Virus record (IMG/VR): IMGVR_UViG_3300025711_000006
Strand: one strand, 5' to 3'
DNA length: 64,000 bases
Source: a virus
Lineage: Duplodnaviria > Heunggongvirae > Uroviricota > Caudoviricetes
The first letter of the stretch is position 1; every line of letters begins with the position of its first letter. The position numbers and the translations under genes were made by a program. This document shows, in pieces, positions 26,534-36,229 of this stretch. The notes under the pieces were generated by a model. The model ran no database searches. It was not told the DNA's origin and saw only the letters and a list, made by a program, of their open reading frames with translations.

Positions 26534-26822
26534 GGCTTTAGTGTCGGACGCCCCGGTCAACAAAGGAGGCGGAGGAAGCAGCGGCTGGAATCACTTCAAG
26601 GCTCAGGGAGATGGGCACAGAGGTGAAAGCGTCCGACAGGCGGCACTTTACATAGTTCGCCACTACCCTGCAACCCCTTCCCTCGAAAATGCCCAGGAAG
26701 GCCCCTGGGAGCCCCGTGGTGCAACGTACCGCTTTAGGGCCTGGTAGTGCCATTGGTGCCGTATGACGCTCTAGGATGCGAAGGCAGGGGCTTAGCTCCC
26801 GTGAACCGCTCAGAATCGACGT

Positions 26823-27790
26823 AGCGTCACTACTTGTATATACGTCTACGCATTTACGCATTTGCGTATCTACTCATCTACTCACTTACGCATCTACTCA
26901 AATGCGCATCTACGCACCTACTCATGTACGCATTTACTCACGTGAGTAGATACGCACCTACGCATTCACTCATCTACGCATTTGCGTGCTTACGCACGTA
27001 CTCACTCACGTGCGTACCTGGGCACGCAATCACTTGGCCACTCGATTACCCAATCACTCACCCACGTGGGCACTCACGTGATTGCCTACGCAATCACGCA
27101 ATTGGTCACGCACCTAAGCACGTGCTTGCTTGGGTGCTTGCTTGGGTAAGTAGGTGCGTGGGTAGGTAATTGGTTAAGCACGTGAGTGAGTACGTGCTTG
27201 CGTAAGCACGTGGTTGAGTAAGTGGCCAAGCAATTGGGTAGGTGCTTACCTGCTTGAGTGAGTGCTTGATTGCGTGGGCACGCACCTACGTGCTTGGGTG
27301 AGTAAGCAATTGCGCAATTAATTGAGTGAGTGAGTTGACACGCACCCACGTGCTTGAGTAAGCTCTTACGCAATGACGTAATTGATTAAGCAATCACCCA
27401 CGCAATTGAGTACCTGAGTAGGTACGTGATTGAGCCAGTACGTGATTGCGTGCTTGAGTAGGTAGGTAGGTAATGAGGTGCGTAACCACCCAATCACTCA
27501 CCCACTTGAGCACGTAGGTACGCAATTGGTTGCGTGGGTGGGTAAGCAAGCACTTCCCTACGTGTGCAGGTACTCACGTAAGTGGATGGCCAAGTAAGTG
27601 GTGAACTACGCAAGTGAGCGCTTACGTGGGGAAGTGCGTGGTTACTCAATTGGACAAGTAAGCCCGTAGGTAGGTAAGCACCTACTTACTCAAGTGAATG
27701 CGTGGCCACTCAAGTGGATGGTTGCGTAAGCACTTAATGACGTACATACTTACGCACTTGGGCCATTACTGGCTTCTATGCGTAACCAGG
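26823..27790. repeat. array 1 of 8-bp periodic repeats (candidate partition centromere or iterons)
   Basis: Over 100 consecutive 8-mers: block A (26838-27010) NNTAC(G/T)CA(T/C); block B (27010-27790) the complementary TG(A/C)GTA(A/G)G; starts TTGTATATACGTCTACGCA. Confidence 0.8.
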
Positions 27791-27900
27791 GGAATACCCG
27801 ATTGCTCACCATGCTGAGCAGTTGCCCACACAGCAGCCGCGTAAGCGGTAAACAGGCACGGAAATGCTCATACACGATGAGCATATAAAGAGGCGGTACT

Positions 27901-28638
27901 ATGAAAATCATCGCAGTAGCAAACGGTAAGGGTGGCGTAGGCAAGACCACCACCACTGCACACGTTGGGGTTAACCTTTTCCAGCGCGGTTACTTCTCCG
28001 CGTTCTTGGACACTGACCCCCTGCTCTCCCTTACTGACTGGTGGGATCTGCGCGAATCGGAAGACCCACAACTGATTTCCTGTGAGCTGAGTAAGCTGGA
28101 TGCAGCTATTGCTCAGCTTGAAGCAGCGGGCGTTGAGTACCTGCTGATTGATACTCCCGGCTTTATGAGCGGTCAGGTCAATAATCTGCTCAAGCGAGCG
28201 GACCTGATTCTGATGATGTCGAAAGCAAGTCCCTTGGACCTGCGAGGCACCATCCGCTCCCTGGACTTCATTGAGGCACAGGGCGTTACACAGCCTATGG
28301 TGTTCGTACTGAATGAAGTACGGAAGGGGACCAAGATCGAGAATGAGTCGATCCTCTCCCTTTCTCAGTTCGGCAAGCTGGCACCCGTTGTTCACTATAA
28401 AGATGCGTTCGTGAGCAGCATGATTAACGGTCATGTGCTGGAAGAAATCGCCAAGAACGACAACCCAGGTATTGCCCAGGTTGACGCACTGACTGAGTAC
28501 GTCCTGGCCCAGCTTGGCGTTAAGGATCCGAAACCTGTTGTCCGCGATGAGCCCGCACCCCAGGCAGGCGCCGAGGTGATTGACCTTGCGTCCAAGCGGG
28601 GTAAGAAGGCAAAAACCTCGGCTAAGCGTAAGGCGTAA
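27901..28638 (+). CDS. parA: ParA/Soj-family partition ATPase (small type Ib ParA)
   Basis: Deviant Walker A KGGVGKTT at N-terminus; 245 aa without N-terminal HTH; GAGG RBS. Confidence 0.85.
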   Translation: MKIIAVANGKGGVGKTTTTAHVGVNLFQRGYFSAFLDTDPLLSLTDWWDLRESEDPQLISCELSKLDAAIAQLEAAGVEYLLIDTPGFMSGQVNNLLKRADLILMMSKASPLDLRGTIRSLDFIEAQGVTQPMVFVLNEVRKGTKIENESILSLSQFGKLAPVVHYKDAFVSSMINGHVLEEIAKNDNPGIAQVDALTEYVLAQLGVKDPKPVVRDEPAPQAGAEVIDLASKRGKKAKTSAKRKA

Positions 28639-28662
28639 CCGACCGACCACCCCCAGGTTGTA

Positions 28663-28905
28663 TATACATCTACGCAAATGCGTAAATGAGTACTTACGCA
28701 CGTGCGTACTTGAGTAGGTAGGTGGTCACTCACGTGGCCACTTGACCACGCACCTAAGTGCGTGGTTAACTGCGTGCTTGCGTAAGCAGTTACCTGTGTG
28801 GGTGAGTAGGTAATTAAGTGGTGGAGTGGGTACACACGCACCTACGCACTTGGCCAAGCACTTGGTTAAGCAAGTAGTTGACTAGCCACGCAAGCGGACA
28901 AGCAG
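28663..28905. repeat. array 2 of the same 8-bp repeat family between parA and the RHH gene
   Basis: Starts TTGTATATACATCTACGCAAATGCG; GTGAGTA/TACGCAC/TAAGCAC units. Confidence 0.7.
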
Positions 28906-28915
28906 GTACACTAAG

Positions 28916-29443
28916 ATGGTAGCGAAAGCACAAAGAGGCTCACTGGCGGCAGCGGGCCTAGTAAGACATAAACCCACAAGCCCATCCTCGGTAGCAGAAG
29001 CTCCGATGGACCCGGATGCAGATGCAGCGAAAGTTGCCCAGGTGTCTCAGCCAGAGCCCGAGGCGACGAAGGAAGCTGTTCAACCAGAACCGGAGCTTGC
29101 CACCAAGCCTGAAGTCAAACCGGATCCTCCGAAGCCGGAACCGCAACAAGTTGCCCAGGAACCAACTTTCGAGCCTGAGCCGGAACCAGAGTTAGTTCGT
29201 AAGGTCGAAATACAGCCCGCACAGCCGGATGCAGCTTTGAACAATCCTTCAGAACTTCAAGTAGTCCGCATTGCGGCCCCGGTACATGCCCGCAAAAAGA
29301 AGCCCGACCAGATTCAACTGAGTGTCAAGCTTAAAGGCTCAATTCTGGAGCGATTCGAAAAGGCGCGGTATGAGACTGACCTTACAGGCCAAGAGATTGG
29401 GGTAGAGGCCATTGAAATCTGGTTGGCACACAACGGGTTTTAG
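28916..29443 (+). CDS. ribbon-helix-helix centromere-binding protein (ParG-like), long Pro/Glu-rich N-terminal tail
   Basis: C-terminal QLSVKLKGSILERFEKARYETDLTGQEIGVEAIEIWL is a canonical RHH fold pattern; located directly after parA. Confidence 0.6.
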   Translation: MVAKAQRGSLAAAGLVRHKPTSPSSVAEAPMDPDADAAKVAQVSQPEPEATKEAVQPEPELATKPEVKPDPPKPEPQQVAQEPTFEPEPEPELVRKVEIQPAQPDAALNNPSELQVVRIAAPVHARKKKPDQIQLSVKLKGSILERFEKARYETDLTGQEIGVEAIEIWLAHNGF

Positions 29444-29462
29444 TGGGATCTGATGTATAGCA

Positions 29463-29535
29463 AGGGGCCATATGGCCCCTTTAGTTGCTGCTGCACAATA
29501 AGCGGACAAAAGAAAAGGGCCTTTCGGCCCTTTCG
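29463..29535. terminator. convergent terminator pair
   Basis: GGGGCCATATGGCCCC plus TTT for the plus strand; AGGGCCTTTCGGCCCT followed by T-run on the minus strand. Confidence 0.6.
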
Positions 29536-29541
29536 TCGTTA

Positions 29542-30036
29542 TCATTCTGCCACTGTTTCTGCCTCTTCCTTCGGCTTCGGTGCGCGTCCTTTCTGAGTCT
29601 TCACCTGCTTTATCTGGTAGTACTTCTTAAAACGGGGCTGGATTTCTTCAAACTTGCCCTTGGCGACAAGCGTGGGGTTAACCATGAACTCTCCGTGACC
29701 GATGCGCCTCAGTACGTCGAGCCCCAGGAGGGCGTTCAAGTAGTTGTTGAAAGTGTTCACCTGAATACCCATCGCTTCACTCATCCTTACCCGCATGCCT
29801 GGGGTGAGGTAGAGCATATTATCGTATTCCATTTTGTGACCGAGATGGTGAACCATGGTCGCATGGTGGGACTTCAACCCCAACTCGGTCATCGCCTCCG
29901 TGTACACCTTCACGAAGGCGGGCTCCTGGGCGAACCTGTATGTGGTTGTCGTCTCTTCGCTCAGAACCTCCCCCGTCTGCTTGTCGATGGTGGTTTTTTC
30001 TGTACGATGTTTGATCGTTTTCGCATTGTTGGCCAT
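29542..30036 (-). CDS. winged-helix DNA-binding protein, RepL-like candidate replication initiator
   Basis: 164 aa; AGGGAG RBS; HTH-like MSEAMGIQVNTFNNYLNALLGLDVLRRIG; family assignment is from memory only. Confidence 0.35.
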   Translation of the reverse strand: MANNAKTIKHRTEKTTIDKQTGEVLSEETTTTYRFAQEPAFVKVYTEAMTELGLKSHHATMVHHLGHKMEYDNMLYLTPGMRVRMSEAMGIQVNTFNNYLNALLGLDVLRRIGHGEFMVNPTLVAKGKFEEIQPRFKKYYQIKQVKTQKGRAPKPKEEAETVAE

Positions 30037-30039
30037 AGC

Positions 30040-30765
30040 TTCGTGCTCCCTCTGGTGGTGGTCAAAATCAGCTAAATCAAGGTACTAGAGGATGCATCTA
30101 GAAATGCTCCCAGGTGCTCAGATGGCGACCCCGATTTTCCTAATGAAATAGCTTACGCTACCTAACCTATATCGGAAAGGCACGTAACCTATTTTATTAG
30201 GGAAAATCGGAAATCGGTAATAAAACCGGGAGGTCGCAAAAGCTTCTTTTCTTTTAGGGCCAGTTTCGGAGGGTTGACACGGTGGGGGATGCGACACTGC
30301 CGCGCTTCGCTTGGCGGCTACGTCCCGTCGCATCGTCCACCCTGGCGCTTCGCTGGGGTGGCCAATCCGCCGTGCCGCAGCTCTCTACACCAGAGGCCAG
30401 CGCCGTGTCAAGAAAAAAGGATTTTACGATTGGGTATTGCGTCGGGTTTCGAACGGGGCTAATCTTTGGCCCAGAAACGACAAAGCCCCTCACGAAGAGG
30501 GGCCTTGAAGTGGCCAAGCGGTGTTACCAGCACCCTAGGCCCGGAGTCGAGGGGAATTCTCAGCTTTAGCAGGCACGGGAATCTCGACTCAGTAGACCCT
30601 ATTATATTAGGGATAGGTCCGTCCTGTCTACTGATTCGCACCCCTACGACACAACTTTTTGCAGGATAAATCCGTCAACCAAACGGGTATTGTCCGCTGT
30701 GTAAGGGGTAATAAACCTTGAAGAATTTCTTCAATGGAATCAGTAACTTAGCGCCTCTGGGCCAA
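30040..30765. other. ORF-poor structured non-coding region (candidate origin or ncRNA)
   Basis: ~115-nt imperfect hairpin 30124-30238 (GCGACCCCGATTTTCCTAAT ... ATTAGGGAAAATCGG ... GGGAGGTCGC); GC-rich 30270-30560 with only short overlapping ORFs in several frames. Confidence 0.4.
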
Positions 30766-31209
30766 CTAGGCACAGAGTTCCAGGCGGATACCCTGGGCCC
30801 GCATAGCACCAAACAGAATATCGGCCACATGGGCTGGATCCTTGGCGACCATCAAACGGCGAATAGGTTCCACACCCGAGATGATTACCCGGCTAGTTGC
30901 CAACCGTTGACGGGAAATGATTCGACCCAACTTGCGGTCGAAGTTATCCGCGAAGGAACAACCCGCAAACCCCACCGCAATCGCCGGTTCTTCAGCAAGT
31001 GCCACTTCAGCACCCAGGGCCTTGGCCACCTCAGTAGGGGTCAGGTACTTGTAAGCCAAAGTTACCCCGCCCTTGTTGTGAATATGATCCCCTCGTTCCA
31101 AGTCCCACACATTCAATCGGATATGTTTGAACCGAACTTCACCGGTTAGCCCCTTCAATGGTGCAGCCAATACGGTGTAACTTTCTTTCGACATTTCTGA
31201 ATTACCCAC
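30766..31209 (-). CDS. hypothetical protein (147 aa), last gene of flotillin operon
   Basis: ORF. Confidence 0.5.
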   Translation of the reverse strand: MGNSEMSKESYTVLAAPLKGLTGEVRFKHIRLNVWDLERGDHIHNKGGVTLAYKYLTPTEVAKALGAEVALAEEPAIAVGFAGCSFADNFDRKLGRIISRQRLATSRVIISGVEPIRRLMVAKDPAHVADILFGAMRAQGIRLELCA

Positions 31210-31340
31210 TTACTTGATTACTCGCTTTTGACGTACTAAAAACTAGTACACTTCTCTCAGGAAACTAGCCGACAATGTTTGGAAAAGTCCCGCACTTCGA
31301 AGTAACGAGACATATTCCGTCGCACTTAGTTGTAAAACTC

Positions 31341-32645
31341 TTACTTGGTGGAAAGGTCTACACTCAGGTCTTTCGCAGCCTTCGCGGCCATGATCTGCAT
31401 CAGTTGACCGATCTCACCTTGGCGGCTCGAACCCTCACTACCGGCCCCACCCATCATGACGCTCGGGACAGGAGCTGTAGCAGCCGCACCGGCCCATGCA
31501 TGGTTGATCTGCACCAGGGCATCGAGCTTGGCTTGCAGGGCGCCGTCAGCGAGGATTACAGCCTTCTTGCGGTAGGCTTCGGCATCGGCAGTGGTCTTGG
31601 TCGCCTTCGCGTCGATTTCAGCCTTATCGAGCAGTTGCTGGGAGGTACGCTTGGCGATGATTGCCTCCTGCTCAGCCTGCTCGGCAGCGGTGATGACCAA
31701 CTTCTTCGCGGTTTCCGCCTCTGTGGTCTTCTCGACCTGGGTACGCAGCGTCTCCTGGCGTTTATCTTCGACCAGACGTTGACCCTTGGCGGTGGAGAGC
31801 AGCTTGGCTTCCTCTTCCTTCAGGCGGTCGGCTCGGGCTACAGCCAGGTCGGCCTGGGCGCTCTGCACCTTCACCATGCGTGCCAGGAACTGGTCATTGG
31901 GCAGGATGTTCGGCACACGTGCCTCTACAACTTCCACACCCATACCGACGAACACTTGCGGCTTGCGAATCTCACGGCCTTTATCGTCAGTCTCTTTCTC
32001 AGTGACGAACGCGGCACGCTTCTGCTCACCATCAGCACCGGCACCGGATACCAACTTATCGCCTTCGCTACGAGTGCTCTCTACGACCTGTTGAACTTCC
32101 TTGCGTTTAACAGCGAACTGGCCGTTACGCAGTTGGTCGTCAAAGTTCGCACTGAATTCAGAGCGGCTACCGGCGAAGTAGTCATCAGCGGTCATCAGAG
32201 AGGCACTAGTTTGCAGAGTCTCTTTAACGGCTGGAACTACGGCGGTCTGCATGAAGTTCTCTGGGGTGCGGTATTCACGCGCAATCTTCAGGAACTGCTC
32301 GCCCTGGGGCATACGGAAGCGGGTCGAGGCTTCGACCTTGCCGTCTACGTTGCCCAGGAAGGTTACACGGTAGTTATCTACGCCCACACCATCGTCAATC
32401 TCACGGCTAGTTTCACCTTCTTTGACGATACTGAATTGCAGGGTTTGAGCCTGCTTCCAGGGCGTAGCTTTACCGAACCACTTGGTGGCGTAGCCAACTT
32501 CGGTAATTACTTTCTCTTCACCAGTAATGGTTCGGATGTGAGTTTGATAGCCTGCTTCGTTGTATACGAAGATGCTATTGAAGGTGCCAACAAGCACCAG
32601 GGCACCGGCTGCAAGGCCAATACCAGCTTTCTGCATGAAGTTCAT
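31341..32645 (-). CDS. SPFH/band-7 (flotillin/YqiK-like) membrane protein with long Ala/Glu-rich coiled coil
   Basis: 434 aa; N-terminal TM (GIGLAAGALVLVGTF), SPFH-like core, then EA-rich heptad region (AEQEAIIAKR...). Confidence 0.75.
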   Translation of the reverse strand: MNFMQKAGIGLAAGALVLVGTFNSIFVYNEAGYQTHIRTITGEEKVITEVGYATKWFGKATPWKQAQTLQFSIVKEGETSREIDDGVGVDNYRVTFLGNVDGKVEASTRFRMPQGEQFLKIAREYRTPENFMQTAVVPAVKETLQTSASLMTADDYFAGSRSEFSANFDDQLRNGQFAVKRKEVQQVVESTRSEGDKLVSGAGADGEQKRAAFVTEKETDDKGREIRKPQVFVGMGVEVVEARVPNILPNDQFLARMVKVQSAQADLAVARADRLKEEEAKLLSTAKGQRLVEDKRQETLRTQVEKTTEAETAKKLVITAAEQAEQEAIIAKRTSQQLLDKAEIDAKATKTTADAEAYRKKAVILADGALQAKLDALVQINHAWAGAAATAPVPSVMMGGAGSEGSSRQGEIGQLMQIMAAKAAKDLSVDLSTK

Positions 32646-32771
32646 TATATTCCTGTCTTACTGACTTACGTTATCTTTCTGACTTACTTTCTTACAGACG
32701 CTTACAATGCCGCACACTATGAAGTACAGCACTGCTACGCCACCAATTACCGCTAGTACATTAGCCACTCA

Positions 32772-33287
32772 TTACCCCGCTGCGATAGGAATCCAATCGG
32801 CAACAGCCTCCTTGAACTTAGTAGGGTGGTGCGCCTCATTACCAGCAAGCCAGAGGCCATAGTTGAATGTTTCACCACCCTGCATTGCTGTTTGATCGTG
32901 ATACGCCTGCCACAACTCCAACTCCCGCTGTGTGATATCGGTCGGGAAAGCATCTGGGAAAGCGTAGGCCACTTGGAAGGCGGTAAGGCCCTCCATCTTT
33001 GGGTCGTACTTTTCATCAGGGATCACACAACCAGCAGCACACATCTGGCCTTCCGAGGTGCGGTATTGGCACCGGCTGGCTTGGGCACCCAGGGCAGGGT
33101 GTTCGGTCGGAACACGCTCAACTGCACGGGCTTTCTGTTTAATCAGGTGCTGCTCAATCTTTTCACGGGAACTAGCGAACATAGATTTTCCGGCGTTAGT
33201 TGCTGCGAAGATAACCGGGGGAAGTTCACTCACACGGATACCGCCTGTTTGGAGCTTACTGAAGGCCACTTTACAGGCTGCGGGCAA
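32772..33287 (-). CDS. hypothetical protein (171 aa)
   Basis: ORF. Confidence 0.5.
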   Translation of the reverse strand: MPAACKVAFSKLQTGGIRVSELPPVIFAATNAGKSMFASSREKIEQHLIKQKARAVERVPTEHPALGAQASRCQYRTSEGQMCAAGCVIPDEKYDPKMEGLTAFQVAYAFPDAFPTDITQRELELWQAYHDQTAMQGGETFNYGLWLAGNEAHHPTKFKEAVADWIPIAAG

Positions 33288-33822
33288 TATCAGCCAGTTG
33301 GCCAGCGGTCATGCCGGTAGAGCGCATCAGGTCTTGCAGGTTGCTAGTCACCTTGCCCACCTGCACCTTGTGATTGCAGGCCACCAGTACCTCCTGGGCC
33401 TCTGCCTGGATAGCACTCAGGCTCATGCCCTTCTCAAGCCACTTGGCGAAGCTCTCACTCAGCTCAGCACGGATCCCGAAGGCCGGGGTATGGGTGCGGT
33501 GAACGACCACAGGAGCGGCCTCAGCCGGGGCCATAGCGCGCATTGGGTAGTCGATACCGGCGACCTTGGCGAAGGCGTTCAAGCGGTAGGTATGGGTCAC
33601 ACGTGGATGGCCATCGCCATCGGTGTAGTCTTCCAAGTCCTGGGCTAGCTGGTTGAGCGTTTCCACCGCGCCGCTATCGAGCAGGGCCTTACACTCAGCA
33701 GCCAGGATCAACTTGTCCTTGGTGCGGAAGGTTGTACCAAAGCCTCGGCGGGGCAGGCCACGGGCTTCAGCCGCGAAGTATTTCTGTGCGAAGGTTTCAA
33801 CTGCTACGGGCAACTTAGTCAA
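33271..33822 (-). CDS. hypothetical protein (183 aa)
   Basis: ORF. Confidence 0.5.
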   Translation of the reverse strand: MTKLPVAVETFAQKYFAAEARGLPRRGFGTTFRTKDKLILAAECKALLDSGAVETLNQLAQDLEDYTDGDGHPRVTHTYRLNAFAKVAGIDYPMRAMAPAEAAPVVVHRTHTPAFGIRAELSESFAKWLEKGMSLSAIQAEAQEVLVACNHKVQVGKVTSNLQDLMRSTGMTAGQLADIARSL

Positions 33823-33954
33823 TGTATTTATTCCGGTCTTTTCGGTTGTACTTGGTCTTGTCCCTATGGGGGACGGACTTATGCTGTTTAGGTAAATTCT
33901 TAGCTACAAAATTGCGGGGAAGAGACTTCTTCTTCTTACCCTTTTTCTTCTTGC

Positions 33955-34272
33955 TCACAGACCTTGCGCCTGTAGCGAAGCAATGAGTGCGTTCCAGTGT
34001 GCATGTGCTGCACTGCGGTACTCTTCAGACTCATAGGGCGTCTCAAATGCGAGAATACCCTTGTGAGCCATGAAGGACTTCAGGAATACATACCCGTCAA
34101 GCGACTTATGCACTGCCGAGCATGCGGCTGTGTACTCTTCATCGGTGATAGCGTTGTGGAACTTGTAATCGCCAATGCAACTACAGAGCCACAAGTTTGG
34201 TATAGCAACCTCGAAGTTGAGGTAGTGGGGGTGCTGTAGTGCAATTTGCAGTACTTCGCTTGGCTTACGCAT
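33955..34272 (-). CDS. hypothetical protein (105 aa), first gene of minus operon
   Basis: ORF. Confidence 0.5.
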   Translation of the reverse strand: MRKPSEVLQIALQHPHYLNFEVAIPNLWLCSCIGDYKFHNAITDEEYTAACSAVHKSLDGYVFLKSFMAHKGILAFETPYESEEYRSAAHAHWNALIASLQAQGL

Positions 34273-34711
34273 TCCGGCTCCGATTCTTACTGACTTACGG
34301 TCTTACGGCCTTACTACCCTGGACGGACCTATTCTATCGGGTCAAATCCGGGCTTGAAAAACTCTGGACGCAACAAAGCCTGATGGTTAATACCTCCATC
34401 AGGCAGCGGACAGACTTGTATTGTGAGATCCCAGACCGGGCGAGTTTGGGGTAAAACAACAACCCGGTTGGGAAATTCCAGTTGGGCTGGGGGCCCTCTG
34501 GTTGTTGAACATGGCGATACGTTCGACGAGGTGCATTCAACCCGATTCATTCCGACAAGTCAATAGGTAGCGAGAAAATTTTCTCGCACACTAAGAACTA
34601 ACGGTGTAATCCAGGCAGGCTGTGGCCTAGACGCTCAGCGGCACTGGTGGCCAGGGGCCGCGTAAGGTAGAATCTCGGACACTTTTAGTAATGCAGATAG
34701 GACGTTAGGCA
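34273..34711. promoter_or_regulatory. divergent control region with operator-like palindromes
   Basis: Perfect 18-bp palindrome GCGAGAAAATTTTCTCGC (34570-34587); 9-bp-stem hairpin 34378-34404; 4 x CTTAC(T/G)G 8-bp repeats 34287-34320; TAGAAT -10-like box upstream of 34712. Confidence 0.5.
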
Positions 34712-34897
34712 GTGAAGCAAATGAGCTGGGCGGGAAAATTCTTTTTCGGGGTGGCACTGGTCATCAGCTTTGTGGCCATCGCGCTGTGCAAGCGGGGCGA
34801 ATGGGCCCTGGGTGCGTTGACGTTCTTCGTCGCTGTGCTGGAGTTCGGCCTGGCCTACAGCTCCACCAAGCTCAACGCTCAGCGGGTGAGGGGATGA
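34712..34897 (+). CDS. small transmembrane protein (61 aa, GTG start)
   Basis: Two hydrophobic helices. Confidence 0.45.
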   Translation: MKQMSWAGKFFFGVALVISFVAIALCKRGEWALGALTFFVAVLEFGLAYSSTKLNAQRVRG

Positions 34898-35055
34898 CTA
34901 AGGCCCTAGCAGGGGCCGTAGCCTTTTGTGCCTGTGTATCCATCTGGGCCCTGGCTGATAACCAACCGTGGGCCAGCTTGCTGTGGGCGTCCCTGGCCTT
35001 CGTCAACTCCCTATCGACCAGCGCCGCGTTCAAGCGTGAGGCCCTAGCGGGATGA
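34894..35055 (+). CDS. small transmembrane protein (54 aa)
   Basis: ATGA overlap with previous stop; MTKALAGAVAFCACVSIWALA... Confidence 0.4.
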   Translation: MTKALAGAVAFCACVSIWALADNQPWASLLWASLAFVNSLSTSAAFKREALAG

Positions 35056-35324
35056 CTGCCGCCCATGTTGAAGCCCTGATGAAGGCGTGCCAGCGGGGAG
35101 AGGTCAAGCTCGATGCGGCTAACAACCTTCTGGCCGACTGCTACGGCGCCCTGGGTAGACTGCTACTGGAGAACCAAGCCTTGCACAAGCAGGTCAAGGT
35201 CTTGCAGTCAGCCGAGAATAGTTACCAGACCGGCTACGACGATGGACGCCGGATGGGAAGCAAAGTGGCCCTCTCTGAGCGGCAGCAACTGAAAAGAGAA
35301 TTAGAGGCCCTTAGAGTCAAATGA
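35052..35324 (+). CDS. small coiled-coil protein (90 aa)
   Basis: ATGA overlap. Confidence 0.45.
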   Translation: MTAAHVEALMKACQRGEVKLDAANNLLADCYGALGRLLLENQALHKQVKVLQSAENSYQTGYDDGRRMGSKVALSERQQLKRELEALRVK

Positions 35325-35331
35325 GAAAAAG

Positions 35332-35655
35332 ATGAGAAAGCGTCTACTTACTATCGGCCTATATCTTGTCTCGGCATGGTGCGGCCTCATTAGCTGGAAC
35401 TGCTTTTACACGGACGACTACCCCCAGGGCGTGATCGGCGGCATTGTGTGCTTTGTGTTCTTCCACATGGCGCAGAAGTTTCGCAAACCAGAAGTTGAGG
35501 CAAAAGACTTGTTCCCAAGCCTCTGCATTGTGTGTGGGATGTTCTTTGCGATGGGTATCCGCTTTGCAATCCAGGGTGATTACACGGGGGCAGGGATGCA
35601 GTTCATTGTCACAGCAGTATGGTTGCGGGCAGCTTGGAAGGTGAAAAACGCATGA
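35332..35655 (+). CDS. transmembrane protein (107 aa)
   Basis: Three hydrophobic segments. Confidence 0.5.
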   Translation: MRKRLLTIGLYLVSAWCGLISWNCFYTDDYPQGVIGGIVCFVFFHMAQKFRKPEVEAKDLFPSLCIVCGMFFAMGIRFAIQGDYTGAGMQFIVTAVWLRAAWKVKNA

Positions 35656-35930
35656 GTTGGTTAAAGGGCAAGAAAGTACTACTGCTGGGCGCTTTCACGA
35701 ACGTTGTGGCGGTCATTTACATTGGGAAAATGGGCGTAGATGCCTGGGAAAGGTGCCAGACTGGCGAAGCCATGCTTGATGCCTGCCTAGTGGCTATGAA
35801 CTTCAGTATTCTGGTGTTCCAGTTTGAGACGCTGCTAACCAACCGACTAGTTGACAAGCGGCATGCCAAGGCCCACGCTGAATCAATGGTTATGCTGTCC
35901 GCTGAAGGCGGCGCCCAGGAGCAGAAATGA
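35652..35930 (+). CDS. transmembrane protein (~92 aa)
   Basis: Probable start MSWLKGKK overlapping previous stop. Confidence 0.45.
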   Translation: MSWLKGKKVLLLGAFTNVVAVIYIGKMGVDAWERCQTGEAMLDACLVAMNFSILVFQFETLLTNRLVDKRHAKAHAESMVMLSAEGGAQEQK

Positions 35931-36229
35931 GCAAAATAAGAGTTCACAACCCCGTAACCGGCGAAGTCCTAGAGTATCCAATCCCTCTTCGGTGGAGCAG
36001 AACGGCAGCAACGCTGATGACCCTCTATGCCCTGGGCCTAACTTGCTTTGCGGGCGTGGCTGCATATAACTTCAAAGTCGAAGACTATGTGACTGGGTTT
36101 CTCTTCACCGTCTTATCTGCTGCGTTGCTCTATGTGATGCGCGACCTGTACAAAGCCGTTCGCCTAGTGAGCAACGTGAACGCCCAGGTAGATGCAATGT
36201 TGAAGCAAGTTGAAGGGCAAGCCCAATGA
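35927..36229 (+). CDS. transmembrane protein (100 aa)
   Basis: ATGA overlap; two TM helices. Confidence 0.5.
   Translation: MSKIRVHNPVTGEVLEYPIPLRWSRTAATLMTLYALGLTCFAGVAAYNFKVEDYVTGFLFTVLSAALLYVMRDLYKAVRLVSNVNAQVDAMLKQVEGQAQ

Noticed and set aside
26834-27373. ORFs 26834-27169 (+) and 27086-27373 (-) with low-complexity YAFTHLL-type translations
   Set aside because: They lie entirely within the 8-bp repeat array; the translations are periodic artefacts, and no start context or operon logic supports them.
28431-28841. 136-aa minus-strand ORF overlapping the 3' end of parA and repeat array 2
   Set aside because: It is antisense to a well-supported ParA gene and runs into the repeats; the composition is repeat-driven.
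30438-30456. TTCGAA-containing segment that looked tRNA T-loop-like
   Set aside because: The flanking bases cannot pair into a 5-bp T-stem, and no acceptor or D-arm is evident; not a tRNA.
31275-32756. 493-aa plus-strand ORF antisense to the flotillin gene
   Set aside because: Leu/Gly-rich and low complexity with no motifs. The minus-strand frame encodes a recognisable SPFH domain with coiled coil and fits the operon, so this is a long antisense ORF produced by GC-biased codon usage.
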